NCBI GenBank assembly: GCA_044344255.1
Contig: JBIJDH010000003.1
Coordinates: forward strand, 224,001 to 288,000
From: Myxococcota bacterium
GTDB taxonomy: Bacteria; Myxococcota_A; UBA796; UBA2385
Direction: 5' to 3'
DNA: 64,000 bases
Of this stretch, positions 27,026 through 35,752 are shown piece by piece. Under the pieces are notes generated by a model. That model was given only the letters and a program-made list of their open reading frames with translations. It did no database searches and was not told the origin of the DNA. Position numbers and translations under genes: made by a program. Position 1 is the stretch's first letter. Every line of letters begins with the position of its first letter.

Positions 27026-27665
27026 TCTCGCGAAGGCGATCTTCAAGAGCGAGGACGACGGCAAGACCTTGACCGTCCAGTACAACCCGACCAACTTCCA
27101 GTTCAGCAAGCCGCTGTCCTGGAAGGAGCATGACGATCAGGGAGAGGTCTCCTCTCTGGAGTTCCAAAAGAACTCGCCGGCCTCGATGTCTTGCGAGCTC
27201 CTGTTCGACACGACCTCGGATGGGTCGGATGTCCGCTCCACCTTCGTGAACAAGCTCCTCGAGTTCACGAACCCGGAGGTCCCGGCCTCTGGTGACGGCG
27301 AGGGCAGCTCCCTTGACAAGAAGCGGCCCCATAAGGTGCGGTTCACCTGGGGTTCCTTCAACCTCGTGGGTGTCTTTGAGTCGGTTGACGTCTCTTACAT
27401 CATGTTCTCGACCGACGGCAATCCGCTTCGGGCCAAGGTCGGGGTCAAGATGAAGGAGTGGACCTCCAAGGACCGCTACTCCGGCTCTCAGGGGAGCGCC
27501 GGGTACAGCATGAAGCGCGCCAAGCTCGTCACCGTGGGCGCGGGTGACACCGTCACCTCCATCGCCGCGGCGCAGGGCACCACCGCCCAGGCGATCTGCG
27601 ACGCCAACAACATCAGCGACCCCCTGAACATCCAGGTGGGCGTGACCTTGGCGGTCTTCTTCTAA
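27003..27665 (+). CDS. CIS tube initiator / LysM protein (Afp7-like)
   Basis: LAKA, VQYNP, LLFDTT, VRFTWG, MF..DG.PLRAKV, C-terminal LysM (VGAGDTVTSIA...ICDANNISDPL). Confidence 0.9.
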   Translation: MSAASGGSLAKAIFKSEDDGKTLTVQYNPTNFQFSKPLSWKEHDDQGEVSSLEFQKNSPASMSCELLFDTTSDGSDVRSTFVNKLLEFTNPEVPASGDGEGSSLDKKRPHKVRFTWGSFNLVGVFESVDVSYIMFSTDGNPLRAKVGVKMKEWTSKDRYSGSQGSAGYSMKRAKLVTVGAGDTVTSIAAAQGTTAQAICDANNISDPLNIQVGVTLAVFF

Positions 27666-27708
27666 GGCCGGGAACTGGCTGGAGCCGAGCAACGGCAGGA
27701 GGCATGGC

Positions 27709-28731
27709 ATGGCTCAGAGCACTGCGCCCGGGTACGAGGTCACCATTGGGGGGACGAAGTTCACCCAGGCCGACCCCCAGGGTCTTGAGATGTTGGTCTT
27801 CGAAGACCATGTCGACATGCTCGACATGTTGACGATCCGCGTCGGCGGCTCCGAGGAGCAGCCGAAGTGGAATTTCAACATCGGGGATGAGATCAAGGTC
27901 AAGCTCGGGTCTGGCACCCAGGTCTTCGAGGGTGAGCTCGTCTCGATGGAGCCGAGCTATCAGGTCGAGGGGGTCTCCAGCATCTCGCTCCGCGCGCTCG
28001 ACAAGATGCACCGCCTGGGGCGTGGTCGGAAGACACGCTTCTGGGAGAAGAAGAAGGACTCCGACGTCGTCTCCGAGGTTGGGGCCGAGTGCGGCGTCAG
28101 CGTCGACGCCGACGCCACCGAAGAGACGCAGCCGTACACGCTGCAGCGGAACGAGACGAACATCGCCTTCGTCAAGCGGCTGGCAGCCCGGAACAACTAC
28201 CTGGCCCGGATCGTGGACGGGAAGCTTGAGTTTAAGAAGGCGACCTTCCAGGGCAGCTCGGTCGCGGTGAAGATGGGTGAGGGGCTGCGCAGCATGCGCA
28301 TGTCGTTCAACAGCATGGACATGGTGCAGAAGGTCGTGGTCCGCGGCTGGGACATCACGAAGAAGGCCGAGATCGTGGGTCAGGCCACCACGGGTGACAT
28401 CACCGCGATCGGCGGCGGCACCAAGGGCGCCGACGTCGCCGGTAAGTTCGGCGACGCTACCGCCTACGTCACCGACGTGCCGGTCTCCTCGCAGGCCATG
28501 GCCAACCAGGTCGCCAAGGCAGAGCTTGAGCGCCTCGCGCGTCAGTTCTGCCACGGGAGCCTCTCGGTCACGGGCAACGACAAGATCCGCGCTGGGACGA
28601 TGGTCGAGCTCTCCGGGCTCTCGCAGAACGTGAACGGCAAGGTGTATGTGCTGGCCACGCGGCACCAGATCAGCAGCCGTACAGGTTACACGACCGAGGT
28701 CATGTTCTGCAGCAACACGCTGGGGACCTGA
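27709..28731 (+). CDS. Phage late control D / gp27-like baseplate hub (N-half of Afp8/VgrG)
   Basis: RLGRGRKTR, DSDVV, QRNETNIAFVKRLA.R, VVVRGWD, G...IRAG, GYTT; stops before any gp5 domain. Confidence 0.88.
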   Translation: MAQSTAPGYEVTIGGTKFTQADPQGLEMLVFEDHVDMLDMLTIRVGGSEEQPKWNFNIGDEIKVKLGSGTQVFEGELVSMEPSYQVEGVSSISLRALDKMHRLGRGRKTRFWEKKKDSDVVSEVGAECGVSVDADATEETQPYTLQRNETNIAFVKRLAARNNYLARIVDGKLEFKKATFQGSSVAVKMGEGLRSMRMSFNSMDMVQKVVVRGWDITKKAEIVGQATTGDITAIGGGTKGADVAGKFGDATAYVTDVPVSSQAMANQVAKAELERLARQFCHGSLSVTGNDKIRAGTMVELSGLSQNVNGKVYVLATRHQISSRTGYTTEVMFCSNTLGT

Positions 28732-28742
28732 GCGGGAGAGGG

Positions 28743-29138
28743 ATGACAGTCCGCAAGGAATTCCTCGGTCGGGGCTTCTCGTTCCCCTTCCAGTTTGACC
28801 CCGCCATCGGCGGGGTCGCGCTGTCGGAGTATGAAGAGAACATCCGGCAGAACATCACGATCATCATCGGCACCCGCCCCGGGGAGCGCCAGATGCTGCC
28901 CGCCTTTGGTTGCCGCATCCACGAGCTGCTCTTCGCGCCCGACACCCGTGCCACGTCTCTGGCGGCGGGTCGATATGTTGAAGACGCGATCCGCCGATGG
29001 GAGGGCCGCGTCGAGGTGGTGTCCGTTGAGGCGCGGATTGATGCGTCGGGAGCAATCCGCGTGGAGGTGGTGTACAAGATCACGTCGACCGGGGCGGTGG
29101 AGCGGCTCGAGCACCTCGTCTCCAACACGCCGCGCTGA
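28743..29138 (+). CDS. GPW/gp25 baseplate protein (Afp9-like)
   Basis: FLGRGFSFP, I.Q.I.IIIGTRPGERQM.P.FGC.I..LLF, I.RWEGRV. Confidence 0.93.
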   Translation: MTVRKEFLGRGFSFPFQFDPAIGGVALSEYEENIRQNITIIIGTRPGERQMLPAFGCRIHELLFAPDTRATSLAAGRYVEDAIRRWEGRVEVVSVEARIDASGAIRVEVVYKITSTGAVERLEHLVSNTPR

Positions 29139-29207
29139 GCCCTTCGCTCGGTCTCCGGCTGAGCAGCCTCCTCGTGCGGTAACTTCGACCTAGCGGATTC
29201 CCCTCCG

Positions 29208-32200
29208 ATGCCCATCAAACCGCCCAATCTGGACGACCGTCGATACGCCGACCTGGTCGCGGAAGCGCGGGCCCTCATCCCGCAGTACTGCCCGGAGTGG
29301 ACCAACCTCTCCGACGCCGATCCCGGCATCACGCTGGTGCAGCTCTTCGCCTGGATGACAGAGCTGACGATCTACCGGCTGAATCGCGTGCCGGACAAGA
29401 CCTACATCCACTTCCTCAACTTCATTGGGGAGGAGCGGAAGCGGGCCCGGCCGGCGGTGGCGCCGCTCACCTTCTCGCTGCGGGCCGATCGCCCCGTGGA
29501 GCTGCCGGCCTTCGCCAAGAGCTCCACCCGGCAGCGGGAGGACAACACGGCCCTGGATCTGCTCACGACCGATCGCCTCACGGTGCACAATTCGCGATTG
29601 AAGCGGGTGATGAGCGTGCGCGGCGGGCGGCGGCCGGCGGTGCGAGAGATCCCCTTCACCCAGTTCGACGATCATCCGTCCGTGCTCTCCTTCTCGGGCG
29701 GCAAGGGCGTACAGTTCTTCGACCTTGATCCTGTGGAATACGGGCCAGACGCCTATACGCCGCACCAGTTCCTCTACATTGCCCACGATGATCTGCGGCT
29801 GATGAACATCGTCCCTGAAGAAGGGCGTCGGCTCGGGCGAGTTCGGGTCCGGCGGCAGGGCGACGGCCTCGCCATCACGCCCTTCTTCCGTTGGGAGTAC
29901 CCCACGGAGCGCGGCTGGATGCCCGTGCCGATCGAGGAGGAGAAGGACGAGCAGCTCGGAATGCCCGAGAGCTCGCTGGTGACCGCGCTCCCCGGCATCG
30001 TCCCCATTCCCTTCGACCTCGGGCGGGCCTCCGATCAGCTCCCCGAGCCGGTCGCCCAGGCCCGGTGGTGGATCCGAGGCCGCCTCGACTTCGAGCGCTG
30101 GCTCGCCGCCCGCATGCAGGATGATCTCGAGATCACCTGGAAGGACGATCGCGGAGGGGAAGAGCGGAAGATCAACAACTGGGAGGTTCGGGCCCGGGGC
30201 CGCAGCCTCGAGTACTTCCTCCAAGACCTCCCCCCGATCAAGGGCGGCTGGACCATTCGGATGTCCCTGGTCGACCGCGGAGTGTCGGCCGGTCGCCATG
30301 GTTATTTGCCCGCCTGCCGTTGGTTCTACCGGCGCGGCGAGGTGTGGGAGGAGATCCCCCGCGAGCGGATCCGGCCGGAGGGCACCTCGATCACCCTCCT
30401 CGGCCCCCTCGCCGACATGGCCAGCGACGGCTTCAACCTGCGGGCCGAGCGCATCGAGACGGTGTTCCTCCGCGGCTTCATCCCGGATCTGGACCTCGAG
30501 CTCACCTGGCTCCGGCCCGTCGAGATCGACCTCTTCGCGGGTGACGATCCGCGGCGAGCCGAGCGCTTGCAGCTCGGCGAGGGCCCCTGGTCGCCCTTCC
30601 AGATCGCCCCCATGATCCCACCGACGATCGGGCGAAAGCTGTATATCGGCGCCGATCTCTTCGAGAACCGCAAGAAGGCCCCCGTGCTCGTCGAGCTCGA
30701 GGTCGGCTTCGAGATGAACGGTGAGCTCATCGAGGAGCCCACCGAGCTCTACCAGCTCCAGCTCACGTACCGCGCCGACGACTCTTGGCGTGTGGTGTGG
30801 ACCGAAGACCAGAGCTTCGCGCGTTTCACCTTCTCCCAGCTCGATGAGGACGGCTCGAAGCGGGCCGCCCGCCGTAAGATCCGGATCGTGCTCGATCCGA
30901 AGACCCAGCTCCGCGGCCTCGCGCGACACGAGATGGGCGGCACCGAGACCACCTGGCTGCGCCTCGAGCTCATGAAGTCGAGCCTCACCGGGCAGGACGA
31001 GAAGAAGCAGCAGCACCCGATCGCGCTCAAGTTCTACGGGATCCGCCTCGGCGTCGACAAGACGCTCGGAGACGAGACCTACGAGCAGCCGATGCCCGGG
31101 CCGAGGATGGCACAGCTCGATCTGCGCGATCAGAACCGCCGCCTCACCCGCGTGGTCACCCGGGCGACGGGCCGGTTGGCCGAGTTCTTCCCCTTCTTCC
31201 CTTTCGTCGAGATCGAAGAGGAGAACCAGGCGCTCTACCTGGAGTTCGACAAGCCGCTCCCGGTGGGCTCGCGGCACGCCCTCCACTTCCGCGGCCGCGG
31301 GGAGGCCTTCCTTCCGCGCGGCACACGGGTCGAGTGGGAGATCCTCGAAGATCGCGGGCACGGTCGCACCGGCTGGCGGCGAATCCAGCCCTTCCATGAC
31401 GGCGAGGCCGAGCGCAGCCCGTACGACCTCTCCAAGTCCGGGGTGCTCGAATTCCCGCTGCTGGAGCTGCCGCCGATCCCGGCCGACGGCTTCTGGGTGC
31501 GAGGGCGCTTCTCGCTGCCCGCCGAGGTCACCCTCGACCGGCTGCCGCCGCTCCCGCCGATCACCCACCTGATGCTGAACACCGTAGACGCCGCCACGCT
31601 GTTCACGCAGCGGACCGAGCGCTACAGCGGCCTCGGCGTGCCCGGCCAGACGATCCAGCTGCTCCGACGGCCCATCTTCCTCCACCCGGGAGAGGGAGAG
31701 CGCTCGATCTTCCCCCGCGTCGAGCTCTTCGATGACATCAAGGTCTTCGTCGAGCGAGAGGCCGGGCAGAAGGACGAGTGGAAGCGCGTCGAGAACATGC
31801 TCACCGCCAGCAAGGACGATCGGGTCTTCGTGGTCGATCCGGTTGACGGCACGCTCACCTTCGGAAACGGCATCCGTGGCCGGATGTTGCCCGCTGGCTC
31901 GAACAACCTGCTGGTCGACACCTACCGGGTGGTGCCGGGCGGCCGCTCCAACGTCGGTCCGCACGAGATCTCGGTCATCGAGGGCTATGGGGACATGCTT
32001 GAGGTGACGAACCTCATGCCGGCCACGGGCGGCCGAGACGCCGAGAGCATCGAGGAGATCGTCCGTCGGGCGCCCGCGATCCTCACGAGCCGAGACCGCG
32101 CCGTCACCCGCGGTGACTTTGAGATCATCGCCCGTGAGGCCTCCGGGGAGGTGGCCCGCGCCGCTTGCTCCGAGCGGATGGCCGGGGACGGACAGGTGGA

Positions 32201-32699
32201 GGTGGTCATCCTGCCCCACCGCCGCGAGGGTGAGGTCGTCCCTGACCCCTTCCTCTCGCAGGGCCTCCGAGATCACGTGAGCCGCTACCTCAAGCGGCGG
32301 TGCCTCATCAACGTCGATCCGGTCGTGCGCCTCGCAGCCTTCCTGCCGCTCGACGTGAGCGTGACCCTCCGGCTGCGCCCGAACGCGAACGTGCTCCAGG
32401 TGCGGGAGCAGGCCGAGCGCTGGGTGAGCGGCTTCCTCGACCCCTACTCCGGCGGGCTCGACCGCGAGGGCTGGCCCTTCGCGGGCACGATCTACGCCCA
32501 GGACTTCGCGCGGATGGTCACCGACATCCCCGACGTCCGCCATGTCGTCTCTGTGCGCCTCTTCGACATGTCCCACGCCGAGAACCGCGCGGTTCCCGGC
32601 TGGGACGAGGGGGAGGGCGACGACTCCGTCGTATTGGTCAAGCATGACCTCTTCACCGTGCGCCGCATCCGCGTGCGCACCGAGGAGGGCGGCGAGTGA
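29208..32699 (+). CDS. Baseplate J/gp6-like wedge protein (Afp11-like), enlarged
   Basis: PNLDDRRY.DL...IP.YCPEWT...DPGITL.QLFAW; FGNG.RG..; GG.DAES; RDRAVT..DFE; GWPF. Confidence 0.93.
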   Translation: MPIKPPNLDDRRYADLVAEARALIPQYCPEWTNLSDADPGITLVQLFAWMTELTIYRLNRVPDKTYIHFLNFIGEERKRARPAVAPLTFSLRADRPVELPAFAKSSTRQREDNTALDLLTTDRLTVHNSRLKRVMSVRGGRRPAVREIPFTQFDDHPSVLSFSGGKGVQFFDLDPVEYGPDAYTPHQFLYIAHDDLRLMNIVPEEGRRLGRVRVRRQGDGLAITPFFRWEYPTERGWMPVPIEEEKDEQLGMPESSLVTALPGIVPIPFDLGRASDQLPEPVAQARWWIRGRLDFERWLAARMQDDLEITWKDDRGGEERKINNWEVRARGRSLEYFLQDLPPIKGGWTIRMSLVDRGVSAGRHGYLPACRWFYRRGEVWEEIPRERIRPEGTSITLLGPLADMASDGFNLRAERIETVFLRGFIPDLDLELTWLRPVEIDLFAGDDPRRAERLQLGEGPWSPFQIAPMIPPTIGRKLYIGADLFENRKKAPVLVELEVGFEMNGELIEEPTELYQLQLTYRADDSWRVVWTEDQSFARFTFSQLDEDGSKRAARRKIRIVLDPKTQLRGLARHEMGGTETTWLRLELMKSSLTGQDEKKQQHPIALKFYGIRLGVDKTLGDETYEQPMPGPRMAQLDLRDQNRRLTRVVTRATGRLAEFFPFFPFVEIEEENQALYLEFDKPLPVGSRHALHFRGRGEAFLPRGTRVEWEILEDRGHGRTGWRRIQPFHDGEAERSPYDLSKSGVLEFPLLELPPIPADGFWVRGRFSLPAEVTLDRLPPLPPITHLMLNTVDAATLFTQRTERYSGLGVPGQTIQLLRRPIFLHPGEGERSIFPRVELFDDIKVFVEREAGQKDEWKRVENMLTASKDDRVFVVDPVDGTLTFGNGIRGRMLPAGSNNLLVDTYRVVPGGRSNVGPHEISVIEGYGDMLEVTNLMPATGGRDAESIEEIVRRAPAILTSRDRAVTRGDFEIIAREASGEVARAACSERMAGDGQVEVVILPHRREGEVVPDPFLSQGLRDHVSRYLKRRCLINVDPVVRLAAFLPLDVSVTLRLRPNANVLQVREQAERWVSGFLDPYSGGLDREGWPFAGTIYAQDFARMVTDIPDVRHVVSVRLFDMSHAENRAVPGWDEGEGDDSVVLVKHDLFTVRRIRVRTEEGGE

Positions 32700-33802
32700 G
32701 CACCAACTGGCTGGCGCTGCGCGACACGGTGGGCGGACGGGACGGGGTCCCGGGCGACTACCGCGCCCTCGAGGACGTCGTGCGCATCGGGTACCCGGTG
32801 CGGGACGCTCGCACCTGGCTCTCCCGGCAGCTCGGCAACCCCGTCGGATACCGCCTCGTCGAGAGCCGTCGCGGTGAGAAGGTGGGCTGCGTGCGGGAGA
32901 TCGAGGTGATCCCGCACGGCGGTGGTGACGTCGTGCACGTCCGCACCCTGCGCGTGATGCCGGACGGCAGCCCCGCGAGCTTCTACGCCCCGGATGAGCT
33001 GGTTGAGGTCCACGCGGTGGTCGAGACGGACACCGGATCGGTCCCGCCCTCACTCCAGCCCCGCGACCGTGTGATCCTCCACATCCCGGTTCGGAGCTAT
33101 CTCCGCTTCCTCCCTGGGCTCTATCAGGGCGGCGCGCCCACCACCCGCCGGGACGTGGCCCGGGTGAACGAGCGCTCGGCGCGGCAATGGGGGGCCCGGG
33201 ACGAGGTGCGGTCGAGCTCGGTGGCCGTGCATCAGGCCGACCAGTTCCGCCGCTTCCTGTTCATCTTCCAGCATCAAATGACCACAGTGACCGATCGGAT
33301 CGACCAGATCCCGTCGCTCACCGATCCGATGACCACCGAGGCGAAGTTCCTCTCCTGGATCGCCTCCTGGGTGGGCTTCGAGCTGGACGAGTCCCTGCCG
33401 CTCCATCAGCAGCGGGAGCTCGTCAAGCGAAGCATCGGGCTCCACCGCCGCCGTGGTACGAAGGCCGGGGTGGAGGAGATGATCCAGGTGCTGACGAGCG
33501 CGCCCGTTGAGGTGATCGAGCGACGGAAGCCCGCGGGTACGGTGATGGGCCGGATGACCCTCGCGGGCGGCCGGTCGGTCGATGAGCGGTACCTGCGCGG
33601 CGAGCCGGCGGGGTGCTACATGGTGCCCCCCGAGCGCAGCAGCACGAGCTTCTTCGCGCTCCGCCTCGAAGATCGACACTCCTTCAAGAAACGGTTCGGC
33701 GAACGAGGCCCCCAGGTCTTGAGACGCATCGCGCAGATCGTCACCGCCGAGAAGCCAGCCCACGTCACCTTCACGATTGAGTTTGAGGAGCGGGTTCGAT
33801 GA
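32696..33802 (+). CDS. Baseplate/tail protein I-like (gp7-type) with N-terminal extension
   Basis: YLRFLPGLY, RRFLFIF, DP.T....FLSWIASWVG, RRGT..G, EKPAHV. Confidence 0.85.
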   Translation: MSTNWLALRDTVGGRDGVPGDYRALEDVVRIGYPVRDARTWLSRQLGNPVGYRLVESRRGEKVGCVREIEVIPHGGGDVVHVRTLRVMPDGSPASFYAPDELVEVHAVVETDTGSVPPSLQPRDRVILHIPVRSYLRFLPGLYQGGAPTTRRDVARVNERSARQWGARDEVRSSSVAVHQADQFRRFLFIFQHQMTTVTDRIDQIPSLTDPMTTEAKFLSWIASWVGFELDESLPLHQQRELVKRSIGLHRRRGTKAGVEEMIQVLTSAPVEVIERRKPAGTVMGRMTLAGGRSVDERYLRGEPAGCYMVPPERSSTSFFALRLEDRHSFKKRFGERGPQVLRRIAQIVTAEKPAHVTFTIEFEERVR

Positions 33803-34734
33803 AGAACGACCCCATCCTGCGACGGCTGCGGGCCTTTGAGGGCCTCTGCCTCACCGCCGGCGACCTCCAGGACGAGCAGAGCTACCACCGCCAGAACCTG
33901 CATCGGCACCACCTCTTCCTGCACGGCCACGGCATCGTGCAGGGCTTGCAGGTCGAGCTCCAGCAGAAGAAGGAGAAGTACGTCGCCATCATCCAGGCGG
34001 GCTTCGGCATCACCCGGCTCGGCCAGGGGGTGCACCTGCCCGAGGCGGTGAGCGTGCCGCTCGAGGTCCCGAAGAAGGACGGCGAGTACATGCTGTGGAT
34101 CTTCCACGTCGAGTCTCCCGACGATGGCGACATGCGGACGATCTTCGACACCTCGGAGAGGTCCTCGGCCCGCACCAAAGAGAGCTGTGCCCCGCGCCTC
34201 CACGCCATCGACGAAGACCAGGCGGACGCCGTCGCGCTCTGCCGGATCAACGTTCGGCTCGGGCGCATGGTGCAGGTGCTGCTCCCGGTGCCGCGCGCCG
34301 GTAGACAGGCCCGTGCGGCGGAGAGCTACCTCAAGCCTCGGGTCGTCGAATTCATCCGGGTCAACAAGAAGATCGTGATGTTCCTCTTTCGAACTCGGCT
34401 CCTCGCCGAGCTCGATCTGGGGGCGCTCGGCTTCTACTCCGCCCTCGTCTCTTCGGAATTCCTCCTCATCGAAGAGGGGACGAGCGACCGTGTGTTGTAC
34501 CGCACCGCCGGCTCGCTCATCGGCTACGCCCACGACTTCTTCAGCCCGCTGCCCCGCACCATCGAGCGGGTCGAGCAGTTCAAGGAGTTCGTCCGGCGGG
34601 TGGGGGCCGAGGTGCCCGCCCCCGATCAGGGCGATGAGATCTGGCTCCGCTGGTTCGACAAGTTCGAGCGGCTGCTCCAGCCCTTGAACAAGATCGCCGA
34701 CGAGCTGGGCGCCACCGTCGAAGCGCAGCGGTAA
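33799..34734 (+). CDS. Short Afp13-like protein (baseplate-anchoring fibre N-domain plus helical C-domain)
   Basis: R...FEG..LTAGDL.DEQSYH....H...LHG.GIVQGL.V...I.AG.GI...G; no fibre repeats. Confidence 0.7.
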   Translation: MKNDPILRRLRAFEGLCLTAGDLQDEQSYHRQNLHRHHLFLHGHGIVQGLQVELQQKKEKYVAIIQAGFGITRLGQGVHLPEAVSVPLEVPKKDGEYMLWIFHVESPDDGDMRTIFDTSERSSARTKESCAPRLHAIDEDQADAVALCRINVRLGRMVQVLLPVPRAGRQARAAESYLKPRVVEFIRVNKKIVMFLFRTRLLAELDLGALGFYSALVSSEFLLIEEGTSDRVLYRTAGSLIGYAHDFFSPLPRTIERVEQFKEFVRRVGAEVPAPDQGDEIWLRWFDKFERLLQPLNKIADELGATVEAQR

Positions 34735-34740
34735 CGAGAG

Positions 34741-35721
34741 ATGGCCGTGGGCCCGCCTCCGAACATGGGCCAGAGCATGGCCCAGAGCATGATCGGGCAG
34801 GCCTCCGCCCCCGCCGCGGGGCAGGGCGGCCAGCAGACGGTCCGGGTGCGGGTCCAGGTCGTGGACATGAAGAGCTTCACCCTCGATCTGGAGCTCCCCA
34901 CCTACCTGCCGGCCAGGGATCTCACGCAGCGGGTGGCCCGTGACGCCGGTCTGAACGCGTTCTGGACGGACGGTCGTCGTCGTCTGTACTGGTTACGCGC
35001 GCGCGGTCGCTTGCTCCAAGATGAGGAGACGCTGGGCGACCTCGGGGTCATTGATCAGGAGCTCGTCTACCTCCTCCCGGAGCCGCCGCAGGGCTCGGGC
35101 GTGCTCGAGCAGGTGCCGGACTACCCGGAGAACCGTGGTTACACCGGTAAAGGTACGCTCACGCTCCTCGGCTCGGTGGCCGGGGTCATGGCCTGGGCAA
35201 CCGGATGGGGCACCGCGCTCATCATCGACCGCAACCTGCTCACGGTGATCGTGCCGGGCCTCGGGATGGGCTTCCTCTGTATCTCCCTCTCTCGACATAT
35301 GTGGGGAGGGCAGGGGAGCCAGGCGCGGGTCGCCCTGACGGCGGTGATCTTCTATCTGCTGGTCTTCGTGCTGGTGTTCCTGCCGGCGGTCTTCTTCGGC
35401 GAGGAGCTGGGCGCCGTCTACGCCCAGAGCGTGTCGGGCTTCACGATGGGCCTGATCGGCGTCTTCGTCGGTTGGCTGGCCTGGTGGGGCGCCGTCGAGT
35501 CCTTGCCGCCCCTCCCCACCCAGGCGGAGGTGGCGGAGGAGAAGAAGGACGTCGAGATCGTGCCCTGCGGCATCTGCGCGCAGGGCGTGGTCCCCGACGT
35601 TCGGGCCGCATGCCCCTACGGGTGCGGACAGAACTTCCACAAGGGCTGTTACCAGGCCCGCCTCTCTGTGTATCGTGGTGACCCCCGCTTCTGCGCGGTG
35701 TGTAACGCTCGCGTACGCTGA
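34741..35721 (+). CDS. EsaB/YukD-like ubiquitin fold + 4 TM + C4HC3 (PHD/RING-like) zinc-finger protein
   Basis: DLELP...Y.L...GRLL...ETL.DLGV.D...YL; four hydrophobic helices; C-x2-C-x11-C-x3-C-x4-H-x2-C-x14-C-x2-C. Confidence 0.75.
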   Translation: MAVGPPPNMGQSMAQSMIGQASAPAAGQGGQQTVRVRVQVVDMKSFTLDLELPTYLPARDLTQRVARDAGLNAFWTDGRRRLYWLRARGRLLQDEETLGDLGVIDQELVYLLPEPPQGSGVLEQVPDYPENRGYTGKGTLTLLGSVAGVMAWATGWGTALIIDRNLLTVIVPGLGMGFLCISLSRHMWGGQGSQARVALTAVIFYLLVFVLVFLPAVFFGEELGAVYAQSVSGFTMGLIGVFVGWLAWWGAVESLPPLPTQAEVAEEKKDVEIVPCGICAQGVVPDVRAACPYGCGQNFHKGCYQARLSVYRGDPRFCAVCNARVR

Positions 35722-35752
35722 GCCGGCCCCCCGACCACGTTAAGCGGCCGCC

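Noticed and set aside
29190..33053. 1287-aa minus-strand ORF and other long antisense or alternate-frame ORFs (for example 17410-19533, 12432-14189, 39214-41124, 23456-25231)
   Set aside because: Shadow ORFs expected at high GC; they overlap well-supported genes and carry no recognisable motifs.
16353..34734. Prophage or tailocin
   Set aside because: No capsid, portal, terminase, integrase or lysis genes; Afp15-like ATPase, Pvc16 and DUF4157 indicate an eCIS-type locus.
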